DNA of 64,000 bases, from positions 10,976,001 to 11,040,000 of the forward strand of contig NC_045697.1 of the NCBI RefSeq assembly GCF_009834535.1. Reading direction: 5' to 3'. Under the pieces are notes generated by a model, which saw nothing but the letters and a program-made list of their open reading frames with translations, ran no database searches and was not told the DNA's origin. A program made the translations under genes and the position numbers. Every line of letters starts with the position of its first letter. Within the stretch, counting starts at the first letter, position 1. The stretch comes from Camelus ferus (lineage: Eukaryota). Below, piece after piece: positions 1 to 13,470 of the stretch.

Positions 1-289
1 AACTTTATGTGATGAAATGAGAATTGAGGAAAAGATGATAAGAAGAGTTAAATGACTGCTTCAAATCGAGTGTTTGCTAAATGTCTTCTAAATGTGTTGA
101 CAAAAGAGACGCCAGAAGACTGACTCCACAGAGCCATTCAGGAGCAGGGCTCCCGACGAGATCAGATTCCTGCAAAGTTTTGGAAACTGTGTTTTTAAAT
201 TAAAGGAGTGCAAGGGAAATCACTCTGCAGAGGAGCTGTTGCTGGTCATTTGATGACATGATAGTGACTCGTTCTTACCCTCTGGGTCC

Positions 290-418
290 TGGTCTCTACA
301 AGGGGAGCAGTAATAGTATTCATCTCAAAGGGTGATTATAAAGATTAAATGTGAAAATTGATTCACATGTCTTAGAACAGTGCCTGGTATACAGTAACTG
401 CTCAATAAACTAGCTATT
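290..418 (+). mobile_element. MIR SINE, 3' part
   Basis: taatagta..ctca.agggtg.tt..aagattaaatg...cttagaacagtgcctggtatacagtaactgctcaataaa resembles the MIR core and tail. Confidence 0.8.
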
Positions 419-494
419 CTTAATTTATTAATGGCTTTTTCCCATTAAACCTGCTGCACCCACCATGTGCTGGACACAGTGGTAAGGTATAATG

Positions 495-920
495 TTTATC
501 AGTTAGGCTCATAGCTGCAAAAAACAAAAACAAATAACAAACAAAAAAACCCAACTGAGAATCTATTCTAGCTAATTGAGGCAGAAAAGAAATTTGTCAA
601 AGGATATTTGATAACTCCTAGAATCTTTTGGGAGGGCCAGCTATTGGCCAACATTGGCAGCCACAGCGCTTATTTTTTCCATAGGACTTCTCCAGCAGAC
701 CCTCTGCTGTGCTCATGTCAACTGGGAGAAGCTTCTTAGACTGCAACCAGTGCTGAAAGCCAAATGTCCATCTTGCTGAAATGCCTTCCACATGGCCCCA
801 CCTTCCTCAGAATACTGCATCTGAACTGAGATCTCCAGTGATTTCTGATTGGAGGAGACTTGGTCACATGCTTAGCTGCCCTTGCTGCAAGGGAATCTGG
901 TAATATGAGTTTCTGTATTT
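495..920 (-). mobile_element. Old ERVL-MaLR LTR fragment (MLT1K/L-like)
   Basis: tctgattgg...cttggtcacatgc...gctgcaagggaatctgg..a.atgagtttct is typical of reversed old MLT1. Confidence 0.5.
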
Positions 921-1229
921 TAACTTCTTCAAAAAGCTGTGACAAACATCCATTAGATCTAGTCTCTGACTTCCAAGAGCTCAGTCTTGTGTCTATGTCA
1001 GAGATATAAATACATTATTACAACATCAGGAGCACGGAAGGTTGTATTATTATCAAAAAATACTCCCTCACTCCCCAAGGTGATTAGTCTGCTTGATGTT
1101 AGACCTAGTCATTTGGGCTTACTTTTGTCTACGGAATTGTGGGAGGGAGTGATGGTTTGCCATATCTAAGCAGAGGTTTTAAGAAGTATTGTAAATTTTC
1201 TCTAACTTTTCTTTTGTGTTCTATTCCTT

Positions 1230-1462
1230 TACTGTGAGCACTTAATGGTCCTGATTGGGGTTAGCTCCTCAGCCTGGGTACTTAAATGAGAAAATACAAG
1301 GATCAGATCCGGACTCGATCACAACCTGGCAGAGCCACAGCATTTGACCCACTGCTGCAAAAATGCAACATGAGCAAGAAATAAATTTCTGTGTTTGCAA
1401 GCCTTTGAGATTTGGAGATTATTTGTTATGTAGCATTATTGTAGACAAAGCTGACTGATACA
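1230..1462 (+). mobile_element. MLT1-type LTR, 3' end
   Basis: catgagcaagaaataaatttctgtg...aagcc.ttgagatttggag.tt.tttgttat..agca...gctgactgataca terminus. Confidence 0.7.
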
Positions 1463-2004
1463 AGGAGATAAAGGAAGATAGAGGTACATACTAAGTGCTA
1501 GAGGAAACCCACAGTGGGGAATAAAAAACTGGAGACTCTAGGGAAAGCATAACAAAGGAGATGAAATTTGTGAAGAGTTTTGGAGGTATTTTGGATTTCT
1601 CCAGAAGAAAAGCTTAGGGAAGTTTATTTTTGGGTGAAATATCTATCTATTGGCAAAGATACAGAGAAGTGAAGTGATCAAGGCTATTTGGGGAAGTTGA
1701 ATGGGTTCACTCCAACATTTCCCAAATTGCAGTAATTTAAGTATCACCCACTATAGCTAGTGGCAACTGCTAGCACAATTTTATTTAGCATTTTTGTTTA
1801 AATCAATTTACTTTCTTTCTTTGCTACCTCCCTTAGTATCATTAAAAATAAAAATATGTATAAAATCTTAAGTTTGATTTACTAGTCATTTCTTCTAATT
1901 CATAGTAAAATAAATGCTTAACTATTAAAAGTTAAAAATATAGTTTTCCATATACTACCATTGATGTGTGCTGTGTACTGTATCTGACACTGCTAGTATC
2001 CTGT

Positions 2005-2478
2005 GAAATAGCCCTTCTCCCCTGCTTAATTACTAACGAACACCAATTTGTTTGAGGCAACACTGGGCCAACTAAAAATGCTCTTCTTTCCACAGTCCTT
2101 TGCAGACATTCCCTGGGTGCCCACATGACCAGTTTTGACCAATGAAATGTAAATCCACTGGGTGGTAGTTTGGGGAAGCCTATTGTTTTCCTGATGAAAA
2201 AAGACAGATTAAGCCAGCAAGTGCCTTTTGCTTTCTATTACCCTTCTCCATTCCCCCTTCTTCTTTTTTGGAGCATAAATTCAGTGCCTGGAACCATAGC
2301 AGCCACTGTGAGCCTATGAGGATGAAAGACATACGCTAAGGATTGCAGATCTGGAAGCTGGAAGGAGCCTGGTCTTCATTGCTTTTCTTTAGCAGCTAAG
2401 CTAAACCAGCTCTGTCTTCAATTAAGCTGTTATAGATGAGTGTTTGTCAGATGCAGCCAAACACAACCCAATTGATAT
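2005..2478 (+). mobile_element. Old ERVL LTR (LTR16/LTR33-like)
   Basis: cacatgaccagttttgaccaatgaaatgtaa ... tgcagccaaacacaacccaattgata. Confidence 0.5.
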
Positions 2479-2831
2479 ATATGTTGTGGAAAACCTGGGC
2501 TAGAGCTGTTACAGGCTGAGAGGGCAGAGATGGTGGCAGACAAGGGCCACATCACTTAGCATCTTGCAAAGTGGGCAGACAAGTGGGTTTTATTCTACTG
2601 GTGGTAGAGTGGAACAGCCTGAAAGCCACAGCTTTTAGGGTTTGGTGCCCACTTCCACTCCTCTGGGTTTCTAGTTTGACCACCGGGAATATGTTTAGCC
2701 CTTTTCTCACTGACATGGATCTCATACAAGAGCCAAATGATCTTATTTCTGGACCTGATTACATTAACCATGAGATGAGAAAATCACAATAGTTCTGGAC
2801 TTCATTTTGTTTCACTGTAAAATGCCACAGA

Positions 2832-3270
2832 TGTCCATATAAATTCCTGAGGCTGCCGTATAAGAAAACAGCAAACTGAAGGGCTAAGGCAATGGAAATT
2901 CATTGTCTCACAGTCTGGAAGCTACAAGTCCGAGATCAAGGTATTGGCCAGGTTTCTTCCTTCCGAGAGCTGTGAGGGAGACATTGCTCTAGCCCTCTCT
3001 CCCAGCTTCTGGCAGCCCCAGGCCTTCCTTGGCTTGTAGGTGGTGTTCTCCCTGTGTCTTCACATCATCTTCCTTCTGTATGTGTCTGTCTCTGTGTCCA
3101 AATTTCCCCTTTTTGTAAGGACGCAGTCATATTGGATTGGAGTCCATCCTTGACCTCATCTTAACTGGATAATCTGCAAAAATGCTTTTTCCAAATGAAG
3201 TCACGTTTACAGGTACTAGGGTTCCGGTCTTCAACGTTCTTTTGGAGGACACAATTCAATCCATCACAAT
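2832..3270 (-). mobile_element. MLT1 (MLT1B/C-like) MaLR solo LTR
   Basis: ctgaggctgccgta..a...caaactg...attgtctcacagtctggaagctacaagtccgagatcaaggt...cccagcttctgg...ggacacaattcaatccatcaca. Confidence 0.8.
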
Positions 3271-4576
3271 GCCTTCTCTTAGAATTGTTCTATCACATGT
3301 CATGCATTGGTGTAGATTGGAAAACCAGGGGCTGTGGGAAGAATTGCAAGGCATGTGTGCTGGTACAAAAGTAGAAGGAAACACAACAGCTTAAGGAAGC
3401 AAAATAACAAAGGAGGAGCACTGGGCTATGAGCCAAGATGCTGTCACATACTAGCCTGTGTCTGGGTGAGCCACTTCCTTGCTTTCATCTCACTTTCCAT
3501 GACCGTATAATAAAATAAACAATCTCAACTGGTCCTTCTCTGCCTAGCTTTTTGATGTTGTTGGATGTTCTGAGCCCACCCTTGAAACTTGCATTGAAAC
3601 ATTTCCTGCCCCAGGGCTTTATGACCCTTAAGCCATGACCTTTCCCAGATGGGCTCTGTGTACCACATCTGAGTATTAAAGAGTGCAACGGTGGTAATGA
3701 AAGTAACAAGCTTATAACAATAATAAAGCCAATTAGACCACTCTTAGAAAGGTCTGAGATATTATTTATCTAGCTGATGAGAGGATTAGCTTGAGCTGAG
3801 TAGGTTTCTGTGGAGCACAGCAGTTGATTAACTTGGATGCTGGGGGATTTGGAGCAGCGTGAACTCTGTTGTGGGAAAAATTTTGAGTAAACAAGAGATG
3901 AAAACACAGGACAAGCAATTCCATCCATTATTCCCAGAAAGAGGCATCTTACTTCTTGTTCAGCTTCTTTAATTGCTTTATTAAAATTTTTTTCCCCAAA
4001 GTAAAATATTTTAAATATTGCCTGGATTTTAAATTGGTTAAGGAGGTCAGCACAGACTGACCCAGTGCAAATTTCCAAAGAGACAATCGCAAAGTATATT
4101 ACACATAGACTCAACTGACTGCACGGAATGGATTTTACTTCCAAGATGAGAGTTTCATTTTAGTCCATTTCACCCATGCTTGGAAAGGGAGAAGTTTTCC
4201 TATGAAATTAACTGAGCACCAGTTCTTATTCTGCCTTTGCTTTTCTAATTAAGGATACAAGTTTGTGGCTGCCCTTTCAGCCAGGTTCACTCTGAACTGG
4301 CAGACTCGACTCTTTGGAAATAGAAGTTGGGATTTGGAGTTCAACGTCCTTGGTTCAAGTCCAGGTTCCACCACTTAGAAGTGTTTTGACTTTTGGTACT
4401 TCATCTCTGGGATTCAACTGTAAGATGTGGGCAATAAAATAAAATAGCAAGTTCAAGTTGACCTGTGGAGTAGGTGTCCAGTAAATTTTAGGTCCCCTTT
4501 CCTTTCCATTTATTGTGTCTTCCTCCCAGGATTCTGCTGCACCAGATAGAACTTTGAACCTGCTACATCTATTTGG

Positions 4577-4706
4577 TCTCTCTCTCTCTCTCTCTATCTA
4601 TCTGTCTATCTACCTATCTATTATCTATCTATCTTTCTATCTATCTATCACCATCCATCTATCTGCTCATTCAGCCAGCCATCCTTCCATCCATGCATCC
4701 ATCCAT
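4577..4706 (+). repeat. Compound microsatellite (CT)n/(TATC)n/(CATC)n
   Basis: Seen directly; it produces the spurious LSIYLSIY ORF. Confidence 0.9.
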
Positions 4707-5084
4707 ATTTTGACCATTTCTCCTTTCCTTATTCTACCACCCCAAAATTACTCTCTCTCTATTCTGTCCCCAAGGCCCCCTGGACATCTGAAATTTATCA
4801 GATAAACCTGTTCATGGAAAAGTTTATAGACTTAGACAATAAGACATTTTAAATCTGGAAAGATCTTGAGGATTTTAGTTCACATCTCTTAATTTACTTA
4901 TGAAGAGGTGTTGAGTAACGTGGGTGATGCTTCATAGTTTAGTGGGAGCACCTCGTTAATTTGTATAGGTCCCCTTGTCCTTCAATATAGTGAAGCTAAA
5001 CAGATAAAATATTTTCCCACACTTGTATTTTACCACGAGGGAAGATAATGATGATAATGATGGTGGTGGTAAAGATGATGCTAA

Positions 5085-5300
5085 TAATATGCACTTTTTA
5101 GCTCTTATCTCATACTTAATACTATACATCATGTACTGTCTTCTCCACAAAACCCTTTGAGGCATAAATTGCAATTTTATAGATGAGGAAACTGAGACTT
5201 AGAGAGGCTAAGTAATTTGCCTAAGGCAAAACAGCTGGTGAGTGGAGGAGCCAAGATTTGAGCACTGCTTCAATTCAAATTCATATTCTTAATCTCTACC
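5085..5300 (-). mobile_element. MIR SINE
   Basis: ttttatagatgaggaaactgagacttagagaggctaagtaatttgcctaagg is the MIR core. Confidence 0.85.
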
Positions 5301-5349
5301 TCCTGGTCAAATCAGGCCAGAAAGTGATGTTGCTGCTGCGAGTACCACT

Positions 5350-5585
5350 AATTGTTAATTGAGCATTGACTATATGCCAAGCACAGTGTCCTGTTGTGTG
5401 CATGCTCCAGCACATTTAATTCTCACACCACCCCAATGAGGTTGGCACCATTACTTTCCCCGATGTTTAGATGTGACTGCCAAGGCACAGAGAAGAAATT
5501 AAGGGACTCGTTCTACTGCTAGCAAGTGGTAGACCAGAACTCCAACCCAGGCACTCTGGTTTCAGAGTCTTCACTCGGAACTACT
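5350..5585 (-). mobile_element. MIR SINE
   Basis: attgagcattgactatatgccaagcacagtg...tttaattctcacac...ctccaacccaggcactctgg. Confidence 0.7.
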
Positions 5586-6357
5586 GCAGAGGGGTGACTT
5601 ATTTTACAAAGGCCAGGAGTCTTGTAGGCTGGGCTGGGAGTGAGAAGCAAGGCTGTGGGGTAGTTCCCACAGGAAAGCGACATGCACCTGTCTGGCTAAT
5701 GAGATAATGCGCGCACAGGTACTGTGTAAAGTCTAAAGTGTAACCATAGCTACCGTTCCTCATCTGCAGTCTCACTTATGGTGTGATCAGCCACCAGGCT
5801 GGTCATCAGTCAGGAAGTCCCTGGCTGTCCCTGGGATGCATAACCCAGCCTCTGAGAGCTCATTACCTGAACAGTCTGGAACTGGGACTGCAGGCCCAGA
5901 TGCCCACCCAGAGGGCCCAGGGGAACAGTGTGACTGCATGAAGATGCTGGGGAAGGAACATAGCTATTAGTTCTTTCATTTGTTTTCCAACTTTTGGAAG
6001 AGAGAGTATTGGAAACATCGTTTTCTTCATAATTCTACCTATAGTGGAGTGATAAATAATACCCACTTGCAATTCAGCCTCAGAACTGGGGAGAGGTGGG
6101 ACCTGGGGTGAAAGGACGAGTCCTGGACCCACCAGAAGGGCACCTGCTACTCAGCAATCATTGGTTCAAGTACCGGATTGGTCAGGATCTCTCAGGAAAA
6201 TGGAAACACATCATCATTTTAATGTAGAGAATTATAAGAAAGGCTGAAACAGAGCCTAGGGGACTGAAAAAGCCAAAGGAGAACAATGCTGAGCTAGCAG
6301 CTGCAGGAGGCCTTCCCACTGTAGCCCTGGGACAGCGGGGTTCTTAGGGCCTCGGGC

Positions 6358-6688
6358 TGCAGCATCCAACATGATGGCCACTGGCTCTAGTGGGCTGTTG
6401 AGCACTTGGAGTGTAGCCCACCTGAACTGTGAAATGCTCTACATGTGAAATACACACTGAATTTCAAAGACTTGGTACGTGGAAAAGGATATAAATCATC
6501 TCATTAACACTGCTTTTAATATTGATTATTGGGATAATACTTTGGATAAGCTGATATGAGGAAAACTGATGACTAACATTAATTTCTCCTGTTTCTTTTG
6601 ATCATTTTAAAATTAGTGACTAGAAAAATTTTCAGTGACACGTGTGACTTGCATCTGTGGCTCTCATCATCCTTCGGTTGGGCAGCAC
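6358..6688. mobile_element. MER33-like hAT-Charlie DNA transposon
   Basis: tgagcacttggagtgtagc...aaatacacactgaatttcaaagacttggtac...aattaatttctcctgtttctttt...ctagaaaaattt, ~330 bp with degenerate terminal inverted repeats. Confidence 0.75.
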
Positions 6689-8649
6689 ACACCTGGAAGC
6701 TAGGAGCAGGGGCCCCATGGAGTTGGGACCCAGACCTCCAAGGGATATGGGCTGGCTGGTGCTTGAATCTCAGTGAGGGGTATAACTACCCTGGTTGTGG
6801 GGTTGGGGGGGAAAACACAAGTTGGACCCATCTGCCCAGCCAGGGTTAAAAACTGTTGCTGAGGAGACAATGACAGGAAGAGGAAAGACCCAGGAAGGTA
6901 TGTGTCCAGCCTTCTGGACTCTCTTTCTCTAACATCTGTTACTGGCAGAGCCTAACAGGGAACCAGCTGGCAAAAGACAAATGTTTGCAGAGTCCCAGTG
7001 CCAGCATCATGGACCAGACTGTGACAGGATGGGCTTGGAGTGGAGCGCTCTCGTTAATAACCAGCACACCTGGCATTGTAAGAACCTCTTATTTTTCAAG
7101 AGAAGCAAGAACTCTAGATTTATTTTAATAAAAAAATTTCCTAGTTCTTAATGCTGTTGACCGATGAAAGATTTTCCCAAACATAACGCATCCAAACAAA
7201 GTCTATCTCCAGGTCACATTGAGTTGGGCAATGATCTGGGGACCACGGTTTAGATGTCCTGAGACACTTGCCAGCTCTGACAGTCTGTGGTTCAGTGAGC
7301 ATTTAACTGTGTGTAGTAAAAATAATCAAAGTTCCCTGGAGAGAGACCACTGTGGGTTGTGGTCCAGAAAGACTTCCTGGGGGAGTGGAGGGCTAGACTG
7401 AGGCCTTGGACAGCCTTTCTTGTGAAAAGCCCCTCCCACCATGTCCTTGGTTAATTATCTGTAGCTTTTTCATCTGCTTGTCCCTGTGGAACAGCAAACA
7501 CTGACCCCAGCATTGTTTGTACCAGAGGGTGAGATGTACCTGGCCCACGAGCTGAACTCTTGATCAGGGCCCAAACAAGAGGGTCCGCAGACAACTTTTC
7601 CCAGAATGCCTCAGAGCCTAGTAATGAGTTTCAGAAGGGGAAGCGGAGGCGGTGTTGGGGGGGGCGGAGTGCATCTTGAAACGGCTTAGAAATTGTGGCT
7701 CTTCCCTATTGAGATTTTTGTGTTGTTCCTATCAATAAGGGTGAATCTCAAATATAGTAATGTTTCCATTTCCAACTGTTTGTTTACTGATAAGGGAGGA
7801 ATAATAAATCTTTCAGAAATTAAAATGCTAATGCTCATCTTAAAAGTTTAATAAAGAAGACCCTCTAAGTGTGCTTATGCAAATCTAATACAGAATGATA
7901 ATTAGCATTTTAAAATTCTGAAAATTACAGCCTGGATGGCAGTGTTGTCCAGGCCAAGTCTTTCCCTAAGGGAAAACGATGCACAGGAGGGAACTGTTGC
8001 AGAGTTCCACTTTAGGATCCACTCACTCCTGGTTTGGGTTCCCGTATCTTGCAGGAGCCTAACTTTCCTGGTTGTTCAGTCCAGCCATCTCCCACTGAAG
8101 GCTCTGCAGCCCCTAAAGGCTTGGACCTTGTCACACTTCTGTGTGTGATTTAGTTTGTCTGCTTTGTCTGTCCAGCCAGCTGGCAGCTCCATTCTCGTCT
8201 GGTTGGGATAAGCTGATGGTAGACGCTGTAAAGATTCTGCATCCCCTTGACCATTCTCAGAAAAGTGCTTCTGAACATTTCTCTTTGGAATAAACTGCCA
8301 AGGCTCGTGATTTGGACGTGGAGGCCAGTCCATTGCCTGAGCTCCAACTACGGACAATGCGTGAACACATAAGCAAAAGGTGACTGACCCTACAGATTGG
8401 CTGTGGGCTCGCCAGCTGCCTCCTGGGTGACCTGGGGTGAACTCTAGCTAACAGGGTTCTCCATGCTGAATGGAGGCAATGTCAACCAGTGATTCCTAAG
8501 TTGGTAGAAATATAAATTCAAAATGAATAAGAGAAGGTACCTCATTCAAAATTTCTTTCTGAAGCAATGATGAGTTTCTTGTTTGGTTTCCTGTTGACTC
8601 TGTTGCAGACTCCAGTGTTAATCTTGCTAGAACTCAGTTGTATGGTTGA

Positions 8650-8945
8650 CTCATTCTTTCATTCATGTGTTCATTAAAATGTCTAATGTGGACAATCACT
8701 TTGCTAGACCCTGAGCATGTGACCAACCATGAAATGGTCTTTACCACCACAGAGCACACACCCTACCAGACGGGGAGGGAGAGGTAGAGACAACTACAGA
8801 GGAGACTTACGTTCTGGGATGGAGGTGAGCGCTGAGTGATGTGGAAGCACAGAGAAAGGGCAACAAAACTGGTCTGGAGGTGTCAGGGAAGCTTCTGGAC
8901 AAAGCGTGATGTAAACCAAGAACTAATCAATATATATTAGTTAGG
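8650..8945 (-). mobile_element. L2 LINE, 3' fragment
   Basis: tcattctttcattcatgtgttcatt tail followed by L2-like gtcagggaagcttctgga. Confidence 0.55.
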
Positions 8946-10307
8946 GGTGTGAAGGCAGGACTCTATGATACTCCAAGTTTCTGGAAACCTCTATTTCCTA
9001 AGGTCTCTTGTGCATGATCTTGGGTCTCTAAGGAATTTTGCCCTTATGGACCAGTTCAGAGTTTGGAGCCTAGTGGCCTTAGGAAATAAATCCTTGACCT
9101 AGAGAAACCCTAGTTTTCCCACCCTACTTCCAGCCCATGTGTTAGATGTGAGCATCCCTGGGCAGTCACCTTGGAGAAGTCAGAGAAAGACAGTGGGTCA
9201 CCTGGGCTCCTAACTGCCCTGTGTGCCTAAAAGTTCTGGGCAGGACCAGATCCTAGAGTAAAGAAAGGAAAGTGGCATGTCCCCAGAAGTTTAATGCTCT
9301 CTTTCCAAATTAACTTTGTCTTCACCAACAATGCACTTTGGTCCAAGATGAACCACAATCTCAATTCTATTCAATTCCTGCTCTTACATCAAGGCTTAAT
9401 TCAAAACCCACATCTTCTCCAGGTAGAATAAATACCTCTTTCCTCTTGTATTTCCATAGCACACCTTCTCCATTCTCAAAAATCATAACCTTCACCTGCC
9501 TTCTGTTGAGGGGTAAGTGGGGGTGGCTTACAAATGCATCTGAAACCCTGAGAAGATAGAGCACTCCTGGAAGGCAAGACCTATTTTTTCCAAGGATTTT
9601 CACATAATAAGAATTTCAAAAATAATATTTGAAATGATGAGTTGGATTTGACTTAAAACACCGTCATCATCTTCTTGACAGATTATTTAGCTTAGGAGAG
9701 GTTTTCATGCCTCCTGGTATTTGGTTAGGAAGGGATCCACAGAGGAAGAAAATATTGGACATAATTTGAACTTTTAAGGGTTCAACACACTTTGTCCCCA
9801 AAACACCTGTTACAAAGAATCTAGATTTTGGAAAATTAAACTTTGTCCATTCTGGGACCTGTTTCCTGCTGTGATGCTATCACAAGGGCTACTTTCCTGT
9901 GTCGATGTCTTAGGAGACTTTCATAGGAAGAGAGCAAGGGCTCTTACAGTGGAGCCTGGAGAGGAGTCTGCACTCAGCAAATGGCAGTTTAGTTCTTACT
10001 CTTATCTCACAAATCTGAAGAACTGGAACCTCACAGGCGAACTCGAATGGCAGCTATGACATGGTTTTTGGATTCTCTCCTTTTCTATCCTTCCCCCAAA
10101 ACATGACCTTCCAAACTTCACCATTAGTAGTTAATTCCTTTGTAACCAGTGCAGTCCTGTATTAAAAGACAGATTCCCACTTCTGTGGGGAGTAACCATC
10201 CAATCCTGTGAAGGAATCTCAAAATCATTTTGGTTGTTGTTATCAGCATGAGGGCATTGGTCTTGAAGGACATAGAAGGGGTGCACTGCTTTGAAAAGGC
10301 AGTTCAA

Positions 10308-10400
10308 GGGGGAGGGTATATCTTAGTGGTAGAGTGCATGCTTAGCATGCACTAGGTCCTGGGTTCAATCCCCAGTATCTCCATTAGTAAATAAACAAAC
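10308..10400 (+). mobile_element. Camelid Vic-1-type tRNA-derived SINE, 5' head (interrupted by L1)
   Basis: ggggagggtata..tt.agtggtagagtgcatgcttagcatgcac.aggtcctgggttcaatccccagtatctcca has A-box/B-box and tRNA-Ala-like arms. Preceded by AAAAGGCAGTTCA at 10294-10306. Confidence 0.85.
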
Positions 10401-11841
10401 TTTTGGTCAACAAATCTTCGACAAAGGAGGCAAGAATATACAATGGAATAAAGACAGTCTCTTCAGCAAATGCTCTTGGGAAAACTGGACAGCAGCATGC
10501 AAATCAATGAAGCTGAAACACTCCCTTACACCATACACAAAAATAAACTCAAAATGGATCAAAGACTTAAACATAAGACAAGACACAATAAACCTCCTAG
10601 AAGAAAATATAGGCAAAACATTATCCCACATACATCTCAAAAATGTTCTCCTAGGGCAGTCTACCGAAGCAATAGAAATAAAAGCAAGAATAAACAAATG
10701 GGACCTAATGAAATGTACAAGCTTCTGCACAGCAAAGGAAACCATAAGTAAAACAAATCGACAACCTACGGAATGGGAGAAAATTTTTACAAACAATGAA
10801 ACCGACAAAGGCTTGATCTCCAGAATATATAAGCAGCTCATATGACTTCATAAGAAAAAAACAAACAACCCAATCCAAAAATGGGCAGAAGACCTAAACA
10901 AGCAATTCTCCAAGGAAGAAATACAAATGGTCAATAGGCACATGAAAAAATGCCCAATATCACTAATTATCAGAGAAATGCAAATCAAAACTATGATGAG
11001 GTATCACCTCACACCAGTCAGAATGGCCATCATTCAAAAGTCCACAAATGACAAACGCTGGAGAGGCTGTGGAGAAAAGAGAACCCTCTTACACTGCTGG
11101 TGGGAATGCAGTTTGTTTTGGTGCAGCCACTGTGGAAAACAGTATGGAGATTCCTCAAAAGACTAGGAATAGACTTACCATATGACCCAGGAATCCCACT
11201 CCTGGGCATATATCCAGAAGGAACCCTACTTCAAAAAGACAGCTGCACCCCAATGTTCATAGCAGCACTGTTTACAATAGCCAAGACATGGAAACAGCCT
11301 AAATGTCCATCAACAGATGACTGGATGAAGAAGTAGTGGTATATTTATACACTGGAATACTATTCAGCCATAAAAACCGACAACATAATGCCATTTGCAG
11401 CAACATAGATGTCCCTGGAGAATGTCATTCTAAGTGAAGTAAGCCAGAAAGAGAAAGAAAAATACCACATGAGATTGCTCATATGTGGAATCTAAAAACA
11501 AACAAACAAACAAACAAACAAAGCATAAATACAAAACAGAAATAGACTCACAGACATAGAATACAAACTTGTGGTTGCCAAGGGGGAGGGAGGTGGGAAG
11601 GGACAGACTGGGATTCAAAATTTGTGGATACTGACAGGCATATTCAGAATAGATAAACAAGATTATACTGTATAGCACAGGGAAATATATATAAGATCTT
11701 GTGGTAGCTCACAGTGAAAAAAAATGTGACAATGAATATATGTATGTTCATGTAAAACTGAAAAATTGTGCTCTACACTGGAAATTGACACAACATTGTA
11801 AAATGATTACAACTCTATAAAAAATGTTAAAAAAAAAAAAA
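10401..11841 (+). mobile_element. Young 5'-truncated L1 (end of ORF2, 3'UTR, poly-A); L1 copy A
   Basis: ORF pieces [34 protein letters not shown] and [13 protein letters not shown] are the L1 ORF2 C-terminus; poly-A at 11829-11841; stops and frameshifts present. Confidence 0.97.
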
Positions 11842-11850
11842 GGTGAAACA

Positions 11851-12528
11851 GAAAAGAGAGACAGATACAAAAGGAAATCAATATTCAGCAATTAAGAAAA
11901 CATTTGTCAGATAAAAATGACTTGGAATGATTATAATTAAAAGGATGGGAAATTATCAGTTACACATAAACAAAAGGGAATCAAGATACATTTTAATTTT
12001 TAGGCAAGTTAAAATGTGTGGTAAAGAATACTAAATTTTATATTGACAAAAGTACTTTGTGTTCCAAGAAACAAAGCATCAGAATACAAACAAAAGACTG
12101 TTAGAACTCAGGAATTTGACTAGAGCATAATGGTAATATATTACATTAGTTTTTCACAGATTAAATAAGAAGAAAATGAGAACATAGAAGAAAATTAAAA
12201 AATGTAATTAGAATGAAATAATGGCTACATATTTATTTTTAGACAAATTAATTAAGTATCACATTTTAATGTAATGTATACAAAAACATTCCAAATAACA
12301 GGTCCACAAAAAGGCATTCACCAAGGTAGTAATTGCACAGGTTGGATGCTTTGATCACAATATAATAATACAAAAATATTTAACAGAAATGTAGACAAAT
12401 ATTCCTTATCACTTAAAATTTTTGAAAATTCTCCTAAATAAGTATTAGGTCAAAGAAAAAATGTAATTATTATGTACATTCTATTTTGAAATAAGGAAAT
12501 TGAAGCCATTGCTCATAAAACTAATGGA
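11851..12528 (+). mobile_element. Ancient L1M fragment (ORF2 endonuclease region)
   Basis: A-rich, with degenerate LQETHL- and IKGWK-like codons (attaaaaggatggg) and cataaaactaatggat at its end. Confidence 0.55.
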
Positions 12529-12529
12529 T

Positions 12530-13470
12530 TTTTGTTTTCATCCTAGTCTCTTAATTTGACAACTTTGAATTTTCTCACTAATTCTAGTAGTTCTTCATTC
12601 CATTCTTTTGTGCTTTTTAAGGTACAGAATCAATTTTCTGGTAAATATTGATAAATTTTCTTTCCTCCTTTCTAATAGATGTATCTTTTGTTTTAATTAC
12701 TTTGATTAATGCACTGGATAAAATTTAACCTATATTAAATAGTGACGGTGACAACAGGCATTTTTGTGTTACTCCTTGTTTCAGTGAACGTGTTTCTAGT
12801 GTGTTTCCTCATTTAATATGATGCAGTCAACTCTGTAATACATAAAGGAAACAGTCTTTTAAGATTTTCTGTTATTTTTTATTTAATCACTGATGGAAGT
12901 TAAATTTTAGCAAATGCCATTTTGTCAGCTAAAAAAATCATCAAGTGTACTTTTCTTTTTGTGCTGTTAGATATGTTTTGTTGATGTATTTCCTAACTTT
13001 GTTAGGTTACCCCTACTTGGTCATGCTATACTCTTGATATGCTGCTACATTGTATTTGTTATTATTTCATTTATGCTGAAGTTATCTGTGTTGAGTGGAA
13101 CTGGGATACTGGTTTCCTTTTTTGTTCTGTTTTAGTCTATTATGCTATCAGAATTATGCTACCTGTGTAGAATAAACTTGAAGGTGCCCTGTCCTTTCTG
13201 GGCTCAGTAATAGCTCATATAGTTTCAATGTAACCCTATGGCCCATGGTGCTTCTGAAAGCACTGCTATGATTTCTCTTCAGAATGTAGGTTTCTTTCAA
13301 GTTGATATAAAAATTAATTTCTGTTTGTGATTTTTAGTATTTTCTATCCTGTTTTTCTTATCTTTGTTTAACTGTGCTTTTGGGATTTATTAAATTGAAG
13401 CTTGACTTTTTAATTTTCACTCTTTGCAGTTACAATCTGAAACTAAGAATTTCTCTCTAGTTACAGTGTT
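12530..13470 (-). mobile_element. Ancient L1M fragment (ORF2 RT region), opposite orientation to its neighbours
   Basis: The minus strand resembles [19 protein letters not shown] (CATGACCAAGTAGGG) and KLLEL..F.KV motifs. Confidence 0.6.

Noticed and set aside
4515..4805. Hydrophobic 96-aa ORF (LSIYLSIY...)
   Set aside because: It is a translation of a TATC/CATC microsatellite.
10308..10383. tRNA-Ala-like sequence
   Set aside because: It is the head of a camelid SINE, with the GGGGAGGGTATA start, a SINE tail and a TSD; it is not a tRNA gene.
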